Shown: positions 8,784 through 20,931 of the stretch, in pieces | How the letters are laid out: every line of letters starts with the position of its first letter | How positions within the stretch are numbered: the stretch's first letter is position 1 | Assembly (NCBI GenBank): GCA_039588275.1 | Contig: JBDHAC010000036.1 | Span: 1 to 32,219, forward strand | Direction: 5' to 3' | DNA from: Gemmatimonadota bacterium | GTDB taxonomy: Bacteria > Gemmatimonadota > Gemmatimonadetes > Palauibacterales > Palauibacteraceae | DNA length: 32,219 nucleotides | Notes under the pieces: generated by a model | What the model was told of the DNA's origin: nothing | Seen by the model: the letters and a program-made list of their open reading frames with translations, nothing else | The model's database searches: none | Translations under genes and position numbers: made by a program

Positions 8784-10028
8784 ATGGACGTGCGGCGTGC
8801 GCCGAAGGGCAAGACGAAGCGGAACATCTACATCGGGCTCGGCGCCGTCGCGCTCGCGCTCGTCACGATCTTCTTCGCACGGCTGGAGCCGGCCGCACCT
8901 TCCGTCGACCGCGACATCCTCCTCTTCGGCACGGTGGAGCGCGGGTCGTTCGTGCGCGAGGTCCGCGGCCCCGGCACCCTCGTCCCGGAGCAGATGGTCT
9001 TCGTCTCGGCGATGACCGGCGGTCGGGTCGAGCAGGTGTTCGTCGACCCCGGAGCAACGGTCGCCGACACGAGCGTCCTCGTCGTTCTCTCCAATCCGGA
9101 CGTCGAGCTCGAGTCGCTCCAGGCCCAGCAGCAGCTGACCGCGGCGCGCGCGGGGCTCGTCGAGCTCCGCCGTAGCCTCGGGACCATGATGCTGCAGCAG
9201 GAGGCGGCGGTGGCGAGCGCACAGGCCGATTACCAGGACGCGGAGAGGGAGGCCGCCGCGTACGAGGAGCTCGTTGCCAACCAGACCGTGTCGCGTAACG
9301 AAGCGAGCCGGGCGATCGAGCGGGCGGAAGCGGCGAAGGTGCGACTCGACACCGAGGGAGGCCGGCTCGAGCTCCTGAAGCAGACGGTCGACAGCCAGCT
9401 GGCCGTTCAGGAAGAGCAGGTGACGCGGCTAGGGTCGATCGTCGCCTACCAGCTGCGGCGGGTGGAGTCGATGCGAATCGTGGCCGGCGCTCCGGGGGTG
9501 CTGCAGGACCTCACCCTGGAAGTCGGACAGTGGGTGATGCCCGGCACGACGCTCGCGCGCGTCGCGCAGCCCGGCCGCCTCAAAGCCGAGCTCCGAATCC
9601 CCGAGACGCAGGCGCGCGACGTCCAGATAGGCCAGCCCGCGATCATCGACACGCGAACGGACTCGATCGGCGGATCCGTGCGTCGAGTCGACCCCAACGT
9701 GCAGGGCGGGTCTGTCCTCGTCGAGGTGCGGATCACGGAACAGCTGCCGCAGGGCGCCCGCCCCGACTTGAGCGTGGACGGCACAATCGAGCTGGAGCGC
9801 CTGCAGGACGTGCTCTTCGTCGACCGACCCGCGTACGGGCAAGCCAACAGCACCGTGAGCCTGTTCCGCGTGCTCGAGGGCGAGGATGAGGCGGTGCGCG
9901 TCACGGTGCGGCTCGGCCGCAGCTCCGTGAACCAGATCGAGATCATCGAGGGTCTCCAGGAGGGAGACCAGATCATCCTGGCGGACATGTCCCGCTGGGA
10001 TGACGCCGATCGCGTCCGCATCCGCTGA
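8784..10028 (+). CDS. Periplasmic adaptor / membrane fusion protein (HlyD/MacA-like)
   Basis: MDVRR start, N-terminal TM, lipoyl-like halves (GGRVEQVFVDPGATV; APGVLQDLTLEVGQWVMPGTTLARV), long coiled coil, C-terminal V.LG......IEIIEGLQEGDQII. Alternative start at 8673. Confidence 0.9.
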   Translation: MDVRRAPKGKTKRNIYIGLGAVALALVTIFFARLEPAAPSVDRDILLFGTVERGSFVREVRGPGTLVPEQMVFVSAMTGGRVEQVFVDPGATVADTSVLVVLSNPDVELESLQAQQQLTAARAGLVELRRSLGTMMLQQEAAVASAQADYQDAEREAAAYEELVANQTVSRNEASRAIERAEAAKVRLDTEGGRLELLKQTVDSQLAVQEEQVTRLGSIVAYQLRRVESMRIVAGAPGVLQDLTLEVGQWVMPGTTLARVAQPGRLKAELRIPETQARDVQIGQPAIIDTRTDSIGGSVRRVDPNVQGGSVLVEVRITEQLPQGARPDLSVDGTIELERLQDVLFVDRPAYGQANSTVSLFRVLEGEDEAVRVTVRLGRSSVNQIEIIEGLQEGDQIILADMSRWDDADRVRIR

Positions 10029-10073
10029 GCGGAGGGCAGGGCCCAAGAAAGAACTGACCGGAAAGGTGAACAG

Positions 10074-10838
10074 ATGAGCAGCAACGATTCGAACGTGGAC
10101 GCCGGCGCCCTGATCGCGCTGGAGAGCGTCACGAAGGTGTTCTATACGGACGAGGTCGAGACCCACGCGCTCGCCGACATCCATCTGGAGATACCGGAGG
10201 GAGAGTTCCTGTCCGTGGCCGGCCCATCCGGTTGCGGCAAGTCGACGCTGCTGTCGTTGCTCGGGCTGCTCGATACGCCCACGGGCGGAGAATACCTGCT
10301 CGACGGGCAGCCGGTCGCCGAGCTCTCCGCATCCCAACGCGCGCGGATCCGGAATCGCCACATCGGGTTCGTGTTCCAGGCGTTCAACCTGATCGGTGAT
10401 CTCACCGTGTACGAGAACGTCGAGCTTCCCCTCACCTACCGCGACGGCATCACGGCCAGCGACCGCAAAGCGCGCTCGCTGGACGCGCTCGAGCGCGTGG
10501 GGATGTCTCACCGCCGGAACCACTACCCGGCGCAGCTGTCGGGTGGCCAGCAGCAGCGGGTGGCCGTCGCGCGTGCGGTGGTCGGCGATCCCCTGATCCT
10601 CCTGGCGGATGAGCCGACCGGAAACCTCGACTCCCGCAACGGCGGTGCCGTGATGGACCTCCTCAAGGAGCTCCACGAGGAAGGGGCGACCATCTGTATG
10701 GTCACGCACGACCCGCGATACGCCGAGTACGCGGAGCGCACGATCCACCTGTTCGACGGACGGATCGTCGAGGAGGAGGAGCACGCCGAGCGCGCGATCG
10801 AAGAGTTGCGAGAGAGCGGCTGGGAGATCGCGACCTGA
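10074..10838 (+). CDS. ABC transporter ATP-binding protein (MacB/LolD type) 1
   Basis: GPSGCGKST, IGFVFQAFNLI, LSGGQQQRVAVARA, LLADEPTGNLD, MVTHD. Confidence 0.95.
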   Translation: MSSNDSNVDAGALIALESVTKVFYTDEVETHALADIHLEIPEGEFLSVAGPSGCGKSTLLSLLGLLDTPTGGEYLLDGQPVAELSASQRARIRNRHIGFVFQAFNLIGDLTVYENVELPLTYRDGITASDRKARSLDALERVGMSHRRNHYPAQLSGGQQQRVAVARAVVGDPLILLADEPTGNLDSRNGGAVMDLLKELHEEGATICMVTHDPRYAEYAERTIHLFDGRIVEEEEHAERAIEELRESGWEIAT

Positions 10839-10922
10839 CCGCCAGCCAAATCTGGACCGTGGCGGGCCGCCCGTAGAGAGACGGCCCGCCAGCCCACCCG
10901 TACCCCGATCAAAGGCCGAGCG

Positions 10923-13349
<2,427 letters not shown>

Positions 13350-13447
13350 CCGACCGCACGGGTCCGGTGACCGGTTTGCGGGCCGAGCGACCCGCGGGCC
13401 TGAACGACTGACCATGTCGAACACCCTCCTGTGGCAAGGAGAATCTG

Positions 13448-15919
13448 ATGGCTGAGTTGTTTCACGACCTCAAGTTCTCGGTCCGCCAACTCTGGAGCCG
13501 GCCCGGCTTCAGCCTCACCGCGGTGCTCGTCATCGCGCTCGGGATCGGTGCCGCCACGGCGATCTTCAGTGTGCTGGACACGCTCGTGATCCGCGCGCTG
13601 CCGTACGGCGAAGCGGACCGGATCGTGACGATCTGGGAAAACAACCGGGAGTCCGGGCTCGAGCGCGATGACGTCGCGCCGGCGAACTTCTTCGACTGGC
13701 GGGAACAGGGCGAATCGTTCGAGGCGATCGCGGCGGCCGATCCGTACAGCCTGGACCTCACGGGCGTCGAGCGACCGGAGGTGATCTTCTCGGCGCGGGT
13801 CACGGAGGACTTCTTCGAGGCCTTCGGGACCACGGCCCTGCACGGTCGCACCTTTCTGCCCGAAGACTACGCCGACGGCAAGTTCGTCGTGATCGGAGAA
13901 CGGCTCTGGGAGCGTCGCTTCGGCGCGGACCAGGGCCTCGTCGGCCAGGCCATCGAGCTGGATGGCGAGCCGTACACGCTGGTGGGGGTCGTGCCACGGT
14001 CCTTCAACCCGCACTTCAGCCCCTCGGTCGAGGAGCGCGACGCGTGGATCCCGCTCGTGCTGCAGGGATGGGAGCAGTACACGCGCGGGAGCCGGTGGTG
14101 GAACGTCGTGGCGATGCTCAAGCCCGGCGTCACCATCGCGCAGGCGCAGGCCGAGATGGACGCGATCTCGGGGCGCCTTGCGGAAGACTATCCGGAGACC
14201 AACGAGACGATCCGGGCTAACGTCGTACCGCTGCGGGACCATCTCGTGGGGGGCGCTCGCACCGCACTTCTCGTCCTTCAGGGGGCGGTCGTGTTCCTGC
14301 TGCTGATCGCCTGCGCGAACGTGGCCAGCCTGCTGCTCGCGCGCGGCACCGAGCGCGAGTCGGAGTTCGCGATTCGCGCCGCGCTTGGCGCCGGTCGAGG
14401 CCGTCTGATCCGCCAACTCCTCACCGAGAGCGCGGCGCTGGCGCTGATCGGAGGCGTGATCGGGATCCTGCTCGCGAACTGGACGGTGGATCTGATCGTC
14501 GCGCTGGGGCCGAGCGAGCTGCCTCGCATGGACGAGATCCGGGTCGACGGGCGCGTGCTCGGCTTCGCGGTTTCGCTCGCGGTGGGCACCGCGCTGCTAT
14601 TCGGCATCTTGCCCTCGCTCCACTTCTCGAGACCCGATCTACAGGGCTCGATGAAGGACATCCGCACGGTTACGGCGGGGTCGGCGCGCCGGCGGATCCG
14701 GAACGGCATGGTGGTCGTCGAAGTGGCTCTGTCGGTGGTTCTCGTCGTGGGTGCCGGCCTCCTCGCCCGCAGCTTCGTGAGCCTGCTGGGAGTCGACCCC
14801 GGGTTCGAAAAGGAGAACGTCGCGGCGCTTCAGATCTTCCGATACGAGGACGACGAGACACCGCAGGAGCGGCAGCAGTACTTCGCGGAGGCGCTCGACC
14901 GGATCCGGGCGCTGCCGGGCGTGCAATCGGCCGGGGTCGTATCGGCGATGCCCTTGATCGAGGCCAACATCGCCATCCAGCAGCAGTTCCACATCGAGGG
15001 CCGCGCGCTCGCGAGACCTCAGGACGCGCCGAACACGTTCCTCGCGATCGCGAGCGAGGACTACTTCCGCACCATGCGAATCCCCGTGCTCGACGGGCGC
15101 ACGTTCGAAGACTCGGACAATGCCGATGGCGTGCGTGTGGCCGTGATCACGGAATCGCTCGCCCGCCGGCATTGGCCCAACGAGAGCCCTATCGGAGACC
15201 GCGTGCAGCTGGTGGACGATGATGAAGGGGCGGGCGCCGACGAGGGTGGCGACGAAGGCGACGCGGGATCGACGCCTGTGTCGTGGGAGATCGTCGGGGT
15301 GGTGGGCCAGGTCAGACACGACGGCCTCGACCATGACTCGCGTCCCGAGATTTTCCTCCCGGCGGCACAAACCTCCATGGGGTCGATGACCTTCGTGGCC
15401 AGGACCGACGGTGATCCGGCCGCGTACATCCAGCCGATCCAGAGCGAGATCTGGGCTCTCGATCCGTTGCAGACCTTCTACCGGACAGCGACACTCGAGG
15501 AATTGCTCGCCAAGTCTGTCGCGGCGCGTCGATTCAACCTGTGGCTGCTGGGGACTTTCGCGGTGATCGCGCTCGTTCTGGCCGCGGTCGGCATCTACGG
15601 GGTGATCAGCTACACGACCCGCACCCGCACGCACGAGATCGGGATCCGGATGGCGTTGGGCGCCCGCAACGACGACGTACTTCGACAGGTCATGATTCGC
15701 GGCATACAGCTCACGGGCATCGGGATCGCCATCGGCTTCGCGGGGTCCCTCGGGCTCACCCGGCTGATGTCGAGCCTGCTGTTCGGGATCAGCGCCACGG
15801 ACCCGCTCACCTTCGTCGGCGTCGCGCTGCTGCTGGCCGTCGTGGCGCTGGCCGCGACCTACCTCCCGGCCAGGCGCGCAACCGAGGTGGACCCGGTCGT
15901 GGCCCTCCGCGTGGAGTGA
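13448..15919 (+). CDS. ADOP-type duplicated MacB/FtsX ABC permease 2
   Basis: [61 protein letters not shown]. 823 aa. Confidence 0.95.
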   Translation: MAELFHDLKFSVRQLWSRPGFSLTAVLVIALGIGAATAIFSVLDTLVIRALPYGEADRIVTIWENNRESGLERDDVAPANFFDWREQGESFEAIAAADPYSLDLTGVERPEVIFSARVTEDFFEAFGTTALHGRTFLPEDYADGKFVVIGERLWERRFGADQGLVGQAIELDGEPYTLVGVVPRSFNPHFSPSVEERDAWIPLVLQGWEQYTRGSRWWNVVAMLKPGVTIAQAQAEMDAISGRLAEDYPETNETIRANVVPLRDHLVGGARTALLVLQGAVVFLLLIACANVASLLLARGTERESEFAIRAALGAGRGRLIRQLLTESAALALIGGVIGILLANWTVDLIVALGPSELPRMDEIRVDGRVLGFAVSLAVGTALLFGILPSLHFSRPDLQGSMKDIRTVTAGSARRRIRNGMVVVEVALSVVLVVGAGLLARSFVSLLGVDPGFEKENVAALQIFRYEDDETPQERQQYFAEALDRIRALPGVQSAGVVSAMPLIEANIAIQQQFHIEGRALARPQDAPNTFLAIASEDYFRTMRIPVLDGRTFEDSDNADGVRVAVITESLARRHWPNESPIGDRVQLVDDDEGAGADEGGDEGDAGSTPVSWEIVGVVGQVRHDGLDHDSRPEIFLPAAQTSMGSMTFVARTDGDPAAYIQPIQSEIWALDPLQTFYRTATLEELLAKSVAARRFNLWLLGTFAVIALVLAAVGIYGVISYTTRTRTHEIGIRMALGARNDDVLRQVMIRGIQLTGIGIAIGFAGSLGLTRLMSSLLFGISATDPLTFVGVALLLAVVALAATYLPARRATEVDPVVALRVE

Positions 15920-15921
15920 AC

Positions 15922-18339
15922 ATGGACAGATTGAGGCAGGATCTTCGGTTCGCGCTGCGCTCGCTGCGTGTGAATCCCGGCTTCACCGTCGTCGCGCTGC
16001 TCACCGTGGCACTCGGGATCGGAGTCAATACGGCGATCTTCAGCGTCGTATACGGGGTTCTGCTGCGGCCGCTGCCCTATGCGGAGCCGGGCGGGCTGGT
16101 AACCGTGTGGGAGAACCACGAGCGACGCGACGGGCCGGTCTTCGAGTGGACGGGACGCTCGACCTTCTTCGATTGGAGGGAGAGGAACCAGACCTTCGAC
16201 GGCATGACCGCGATCACGGGGTGGGGGCCGAACCTCACCGGCGTGGACCGCCCCGAGGTGCTGGCCGGAGCGGCGGTGACCCCGGGGTACTTCTCCGTCC
16301 TCGGAGTGGGAGCGGCCATGGGGCGTACCTTCCTCCCCGAAGAGGAAACGCCCGACAACAGCAACGTCGTGGTCCTCAGCCACGGGCTCTGGAGTCGGCG
16401 CTTCGGGGCCGATCCCGAGATCCTCGGACAGACTCTGGTACTGAACGGGATCTCCCGAACGGTCGTCGGAGTCCTCCCGCCGGGGTTTCGTCCCCCGATC
16501 GCGACCGGTGCGGAGATCTGGACCCCGCTCCCGATCGACCCGCTGCGCAGTGACCGGGGCGGGTACTTCCTTCGAGTGATCGCGCGGCTGGGAGACGGGG
16601 TGACGCAGGCGACGGCTCAGGCCGACATGGACCGCGTCGCCGCCGGGATCGCGACGGAGCATCCGATCCACTACCGGGATGTCGAGGTGACGCTCACCCC
16701 GCTTCGGGACACGGTGGTCGGGCCGGCTCGCACGGCACTGTGGGTGCTTCTGGGTGCCGTGGGGCTCGTGCTGCTCATCGCGTGCGCGAACGTGGCGAAC
16801 CTCCTCCTCGCGCGTGCATCCGTGCGCGAGCGGGAGCTGGCCGTGCGCGCGGCCCTCGGAGCCGGCCAGCGTCGGCTGGCACGCCAACTCCTCACCGAGA
16901 GCGTCGTCCTGGCGGTCGCGGGCGGGGTCCTCGGTCTCGGCATCGGTGTGTGGGGCACCGAGTTGCTCGTCCGTTTCGCGCCGGCAGGTATGCCCCGCGT
17001 GGCCGACATCGGGCTTCACCCGACCGTGTTCGCATTCGCGCTCGGCGCATCGATCGTGACCGGGTTGCTGTTCGGCCTCGCTCCGGCGCTGACGCTTTCG
17101 AAGAACGCCGGCGATGCGCTTCGTGAGGGCGCACGCGGCTCATCGTCGGGAGCGGGCGCGCGACTGCGCGGCGCGCTCGTGGTCGTCGAGCTCGCGATGG
17201 GCATGGCGGTACTCGTGGCCGCCGGGCTGTTGCTCCGCAGCTTCAATCAGATCCAGAGCGTAGACCCCGGCTTCCGTGTCGAGAACGCCCTCAGCGCGCG
17301 GATCCTCCTCCCATCGACCCGGTATCCCGATCTGGCGAGCACCGCGGCCTTCTGGGGACAGCTCGAGGAGCGTCTCCGGACGCGCCCCGGAGTCCACGAC
17401 GTGGGAGCGGCCACGGTCCTTCCGCTGAGCGGCAACATCAACGACATCAGCTTCGGCATCGAGGGTCGACTTCCACCGGAGGGCCAGGAGCCCGCGGCGG
17501 ACTGGTGGAGGGCGACAGCCGGATTCTTCCGGGCCATGGGGATTCCTCTCATCCGTGGTCGATTCCTCGACGAGACGGACAGAGAGGGGACGCTCCCGGT
17601 GGCCGTCGTCAGCCAGTCGCTCGTCGACGCGCACTTCGTAAACGAGGATCCGATCGGGAAGCGCATCAAGGTGGGCGGCGTTCGCGATCCGGAATCTCCG
17701 TGGTGGACGATCGTCGGCGTGGTCGGCACGGTGCGCACACGGAGCCTCACGCAGGTCCCGATACCCGAGATCTTCGTTCCCGCCGCACAGCGCACCGGCA
17801 GGGCGATGAGCCTCGTGGTCAGCACCGAGGGCGAGCCGACGCCGTTCGCCGACGATCTCCGGGAAGCGGTCTGGTCGATCGACCCGGACCTTCCGGTGTC
17901 CCAGCTCGCGTCGCTCGAAGACGTGTTCGCCGCGAGCATCGGACCGCAGCGCTTCCTGAGCTGGCTTCTGGGCGCGTTCGCCGCGTTGGGGCTGGTGCTG
18001 GGCGCGGTCGGCATCTACGGCGTGATGGCGTTCACGGTCGGGCATCGCACGCGCGAGATCGGGATTCGCATGGCGCTCGGCGCCCGCCCTGTCGACGCAC
18101 TCGGGGTCGTGATGCGCCGCGGCGCCCTGCTGACCGTCCTCGGTCTGGCGTTGGGCTTTCTGGGTGCGATTGCCGCGAGCCGCGCGCTCTCGAGTCTGCT
18201 GTTCGAGGTGGCGCCGAACGACCCGCTCACGCTGGCGGCCGTCTCCGTCCTACTTGCCGGCACGGCCCTGTTCGCCTGCTACTGGCCGGCGCGCCGGGCG
18301 ACGCGGGTCGACCCGATTGAGACGCTCCGGTATGAGTGA
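15922..18339 (+). CDS. ADOP-type duplicated MacB/FtsX ABC permease 3
   Basis: True start MDRLRQDLRFALRSL at 15922, 2 nt after the previous stop (ORF track start 15541 overlaps permease 2). [36 protein letters not shown]. Confidence 0.95.
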   Translation: MDRLRQDLRFALRSLRVNPGFTVVALLTVALGIGVNTAIFSVVYGVLLRPLPYAEPGGLVTVWENHERRDGPVFEWTGRSTFFDWRERNQTFDGMTAITGWGPNLTGVDRPEVLAGAAVTPGYFSVLGVGAAMGRTFLPEEETPDNSNVVVLSHGLWSRRFGADPEILGQTLVLNGISRTVVGVLPPGFRPPIATGAEIWTPLPIDPLRSDRGGYFLRVIARLGDGVTQATAQADMDRVAAGIATEHPIHYRDVEVTLTPLRDTVVGPARTALWVLLGAVGLVLLIACANVANLLLARASVRERELAVRAALGAGQRRLARQLLTESVVLAVAGGVLGLGIGVWGTELLVRFAPAGMPRVADIGLHPTVFAFALGASIVTGLLFGLAPALTLSKNAGDALREGARGSSSGAGARLRGALVVVELAMGMAVLVAAGLLLRSFNQIQSVDPGFRVENALSARILLPSTRYPDLASTAAFWGQLEERLRTRPGVHDVGAATVLPLSGNINDISFGIEGRLPPEGQEPAADWWRATAGFFRAMGIPLIRGRFLDETDREGTLPVAVVSQSLVDAHFVNEDPIGKRIKVGGVRDPESPWWTIVGVVGTVRTRSLTQVPIPEIFVPAAQRTGRAMSLVVSTEGEPTPFADDLREAVWSIDPDLPVSQLASLEDVFAASIGPQRFLSWLLGAFAALGLVLGAVGIYGVMAFTVGHRTREIGIRMALGARPVDALGVVMRRGALLTVLGLALGFLGAIAASRALSSLLFEVAPNDPLTLAAVSVLLAGTALFACYWPARRATRVDPIETLRYE

Positions 18340-18426
18340 GCGCCTGGGGGTCAAGAGCTCTCGGGTCGACGGGATGCCGCCAGCCCGAAGGGATCTCGCG
18401 AACGGGATGCGCCGCGAGGACGGGTG

Positions 18427-20928
18427 ATGGAATCGGTCTGGCGGGATCTGCGCTTCGCGGCCCGAGCCCTGTGCAAGAGCCCGGGATTCACGCTCGTCGC
18501 GGTGTTCACCCTCGCCATCGGGATCGGGTCGAGTAGCGCGATCTTCAGCGTCGTGGACGCGGTGCTGATCGAGACACCTCCGTATCGAGACCCCGACCGC
18601 CTCGTACTCCTCTGGCATCGGATGCTCGGGCTGGGCACCGAGCGAGCTCGAATCTCCGGACCCGATGTCGTCGAGTTCGAGAGCGCGGCCGCTTCTTTCG
18701 AAGGGTTCGCGTTCACGAACGGAACCGTCGATCTCGTGCTCGAGGATCAGGGGGCCGAGGAGCATGCGCGGGTCGGGCTGGTGACTCCCGACTTCTTTTC
18801 CGTACTGGGCGTAGATCCGGTCGCGGGACGGACCTTCCTGCCCGATGAGGCCCTGCTCTCGCCGGGTGCCCTTCAGGACACCGCGTTCACACCACCACCG
18901 AGCGCGCTCGTGTTGAGTCATGCGCTTTGGCAGCGGCGCTTCGGCGGCGACCCCGGCGCCATCGGACGAGTCATCCGGCTGAGCGGAGCCCCCATGACCG
19001 TCGTCGGTGTGCTCCCGCCCGAGTTCGAGCTCCTGCTCCCCCCGGGAGTGGGACTGGCGCGGGAGGCGGATGCCTGGACTCCGTTGCGAGTCCCGCTCGC
19101 ATCGTTTCGTCGCGCGGAGGGCTTGCGCGACCAGGACAGCGACAACACGGGAGCCGTGATCGGGCGGCTCGCGCCCGGTGTGACGCTGGAGCGAGCGCGA
19201 GCGGAGATGGAGGCGATCGCCGCGCGGCAGCGAGGCGAGGTTCCGTACTACCGGAACGCCGACATGCGCATTCAGCTCGCTCCGATCCAGGACGATGCGG
19301 TCCGGCACGCGAGGCCCGCCCTCCTCGCTCTCCTCGGGGCGGTCGGCTTCGTGCTCCTGATCGCGTGTCTCAACATCGCGAATCTGCTGCTCGCCCGCGG
19401 TACGAAGCGGCAGGCGGAGATGGCCCTGCGCTCGACCCTGGGCGCGAGCCGTGCGCGACTCGTCCGGCAGGTCCTCACCGAGGGTGGGTTGCTGGCGACG
19501 CTGGGCGCGATATGCGGCATCCTCATCGCGATCTGGGGCGTCGATCTGCTGCTGGCGATCGGTCCCCGAGACCTGCCAGGGGTCGGCGAAGTGGGTGTCA
19601 ACGGAGCCGTGCTCGCGTTCACGCTGGCGTCTACGGCGGCCGCGGCGGTTCTCTTCAGCGTGGCCCCGGCCTGGGCGTTGGCCTGGCGCACGAAGGCGGA
19701 GACGTTGAAGGAAGCCGGCCCCCGTGGAGGTGGCGGTCGTCGCGGGCGACTGCGGCGGGGGTTCGTGGTCACCGAGATCGCCCTGTCCATCGCCCTTCTC
19801 GTGGGCGCGGGGCTCATGTTCCGGAGCTTCGCCCGGCTACAGCGCGTCGATCTCGGGTTCGAGCCCGCCGGACTCCTCACGTTCCAGGTGACGCTCCCTG
19901 GCGCCAGCATCGGCGGACCTGGCGCGCGAGCGGCATTCATGAGCCGGCTCGAAGGTGGAGTCCGGCGTGTTCCCGGGGTTCGGTCGGTCGGATTGGTGGG
20001 CGGGCTGCCCCTGAGCGGCGTGGTGTTCACGCAACCGTATGGCCTCGAAGGCTCGTCGGAGGCGGGCTGGAGCCGGAACGAAGCCAACTTCCGCGTGGTG
20101 ACGGCGGAGTACTTCCAGGCGATGGGCACCCGGCTCCTGTCGGGCCGACTGTTCACCGCCGCCGAGAACGTCATCGAAGATGAGCGGGTCGTCATCGTGG
20201 ACGCCAAGCTCGCTCGACGCGTGTCACCCGAAGGGAGCGCGGTTGGCCGACGGATTGGCGTCCCCCTCGACGGAGACCCCGTGTGGGCGACCATCGTGGG
20301 AGTAGTCGAGGATGTGCCCTTTCAGGATTTGAGGAGGGCGGGGCGCGAAACGATATACGCCCCCTACCGGCAGGAGGCGTCCCGCACCGTCACGATGGCT
20401 GTTCGAGTCGATGGAGCGCCGGCCGGTCTGATCCCCGCGATCCGGCGCGCCGCGAGCGAGCTGGAGACGGACACGCCGATCCCCTTGCACGGGTTTCGGA
20501 GCATGGAGGAGTACGTCGGGCACGCGCTCGCGCCAACCCGGTTCGCGCTGGCGTTACTCTCGCTGTTCGCGGGGCTGGCCCTGGTCCTGGCCATCGTGGG
20601 ACTGTTCGGCGTGATCTCCTACGCGGTGAGCCAGAACACGCGTGAGTTCGGGGTTCGAATGGCGCTGGGCGCGAACGCGAAACAAGTCCTTCGGCAGGTA
20701 CTCTTCGGCGGCCTGGCCCTCGCGGGGCTCGGCGGCGCTCTCGGTCTCCTGCTCGCCCTGGCGACATCGCGCGCCCTTTCCACGCTGCTGTTCGGCGTGA
20801 CAGGCACAGATGCCCTGACCTACGCGGTGGTCGTCCTCGTCCTCGTCGGCGTCGCGGGGCTCGCGTGCTGGGTCCCGGCGCGGCGCGCCGCATCGTTGGA
20901 ACCCGCAGTCGCCCTCCGACACGAGTAG
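18427..20928 (+). CDS. ADOP-type duplicated MacB/FtsX ABC permease 4
   Basis: MESVWRDLRFAARALCKSPGF, LLIACLNIANLLLAR, REFGVRMALGA, LEPAVALRHE. GTG at 18424 is an alternative start. Confidence 0.95.
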   Translation: MESVWRDLRFAARALCKSPGFTLVAVFTLAIGIGSSSAIFSVVDAVLIETPPYRDPDRLVLLWHRMLGLGTERARISGPDVVEFESAAASFEGFAFTNGTVDLVLEDQGAEEHARVGLVTPDFFSVLGVDPVAGRTFLPDEALLSPGALQDTAFTPPPSALVLSHALWQRRFGGDPGAIGRVIRLSGAPMTVVGVLPPEFELLLPPGVGLAREADAWTPLRVPLASFRRAEGLRDQDSDNTGAVIGRLAPGVTLERARAEMEAIAARQRGEVPYYRNADMRIQLAPIQDDAVRHARPALLALLGAVGFVLLIACLNIANLLLARGTKRQAEMALRSTLGASRARLVRQVLTEGGLLATLGAICGILIAIWGVDLLLAIGPRDLPGVGEVGVNGAVLAFTLASTAAAAVLFSVAPAWALAWRTKAETLKEAGPRGGGGRRGRLRRGFVVTEIALSIALLVGAGLMFRSFARLQRVDLGFEPAGLLTFQVTLPGASIGGPGARAAFMSRLEGGVRRVPGVRSVGLVGGLPLSGVVFTQPYGLEGSSEAGWSRNEANFRVVTAEYFQAMGTRLLSGRLFTAAENVIEDERVVIVDAKLARRVSPEGSAVGRRIGVPLDGDPVWATIVGVVEDVPFQDLRRAGRETIYAPYRQEASRTVTMAVRVDGAPAGLIPAIRRAASELETDTPIPLHGFRSMEEYVGHALAPTRFALALLSLFAGLALVLAIVGLFGVISYAVSQNTREFGVRMALGANAKQVLRQVLFGGLALAGLGGALGLLLALATSRALSTLLFGVTGTDALTYAVVVLVLVGVAGLACWVPARRAASLEPAVALRHE

Positions 20929-20931
20929 GGC

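Noticed and set aside
15541..15921. N-terminal extension of the 932-aa ORF
   Set aside because: Overlaps permease 2 in another frame; the family-typical start is at 15922.
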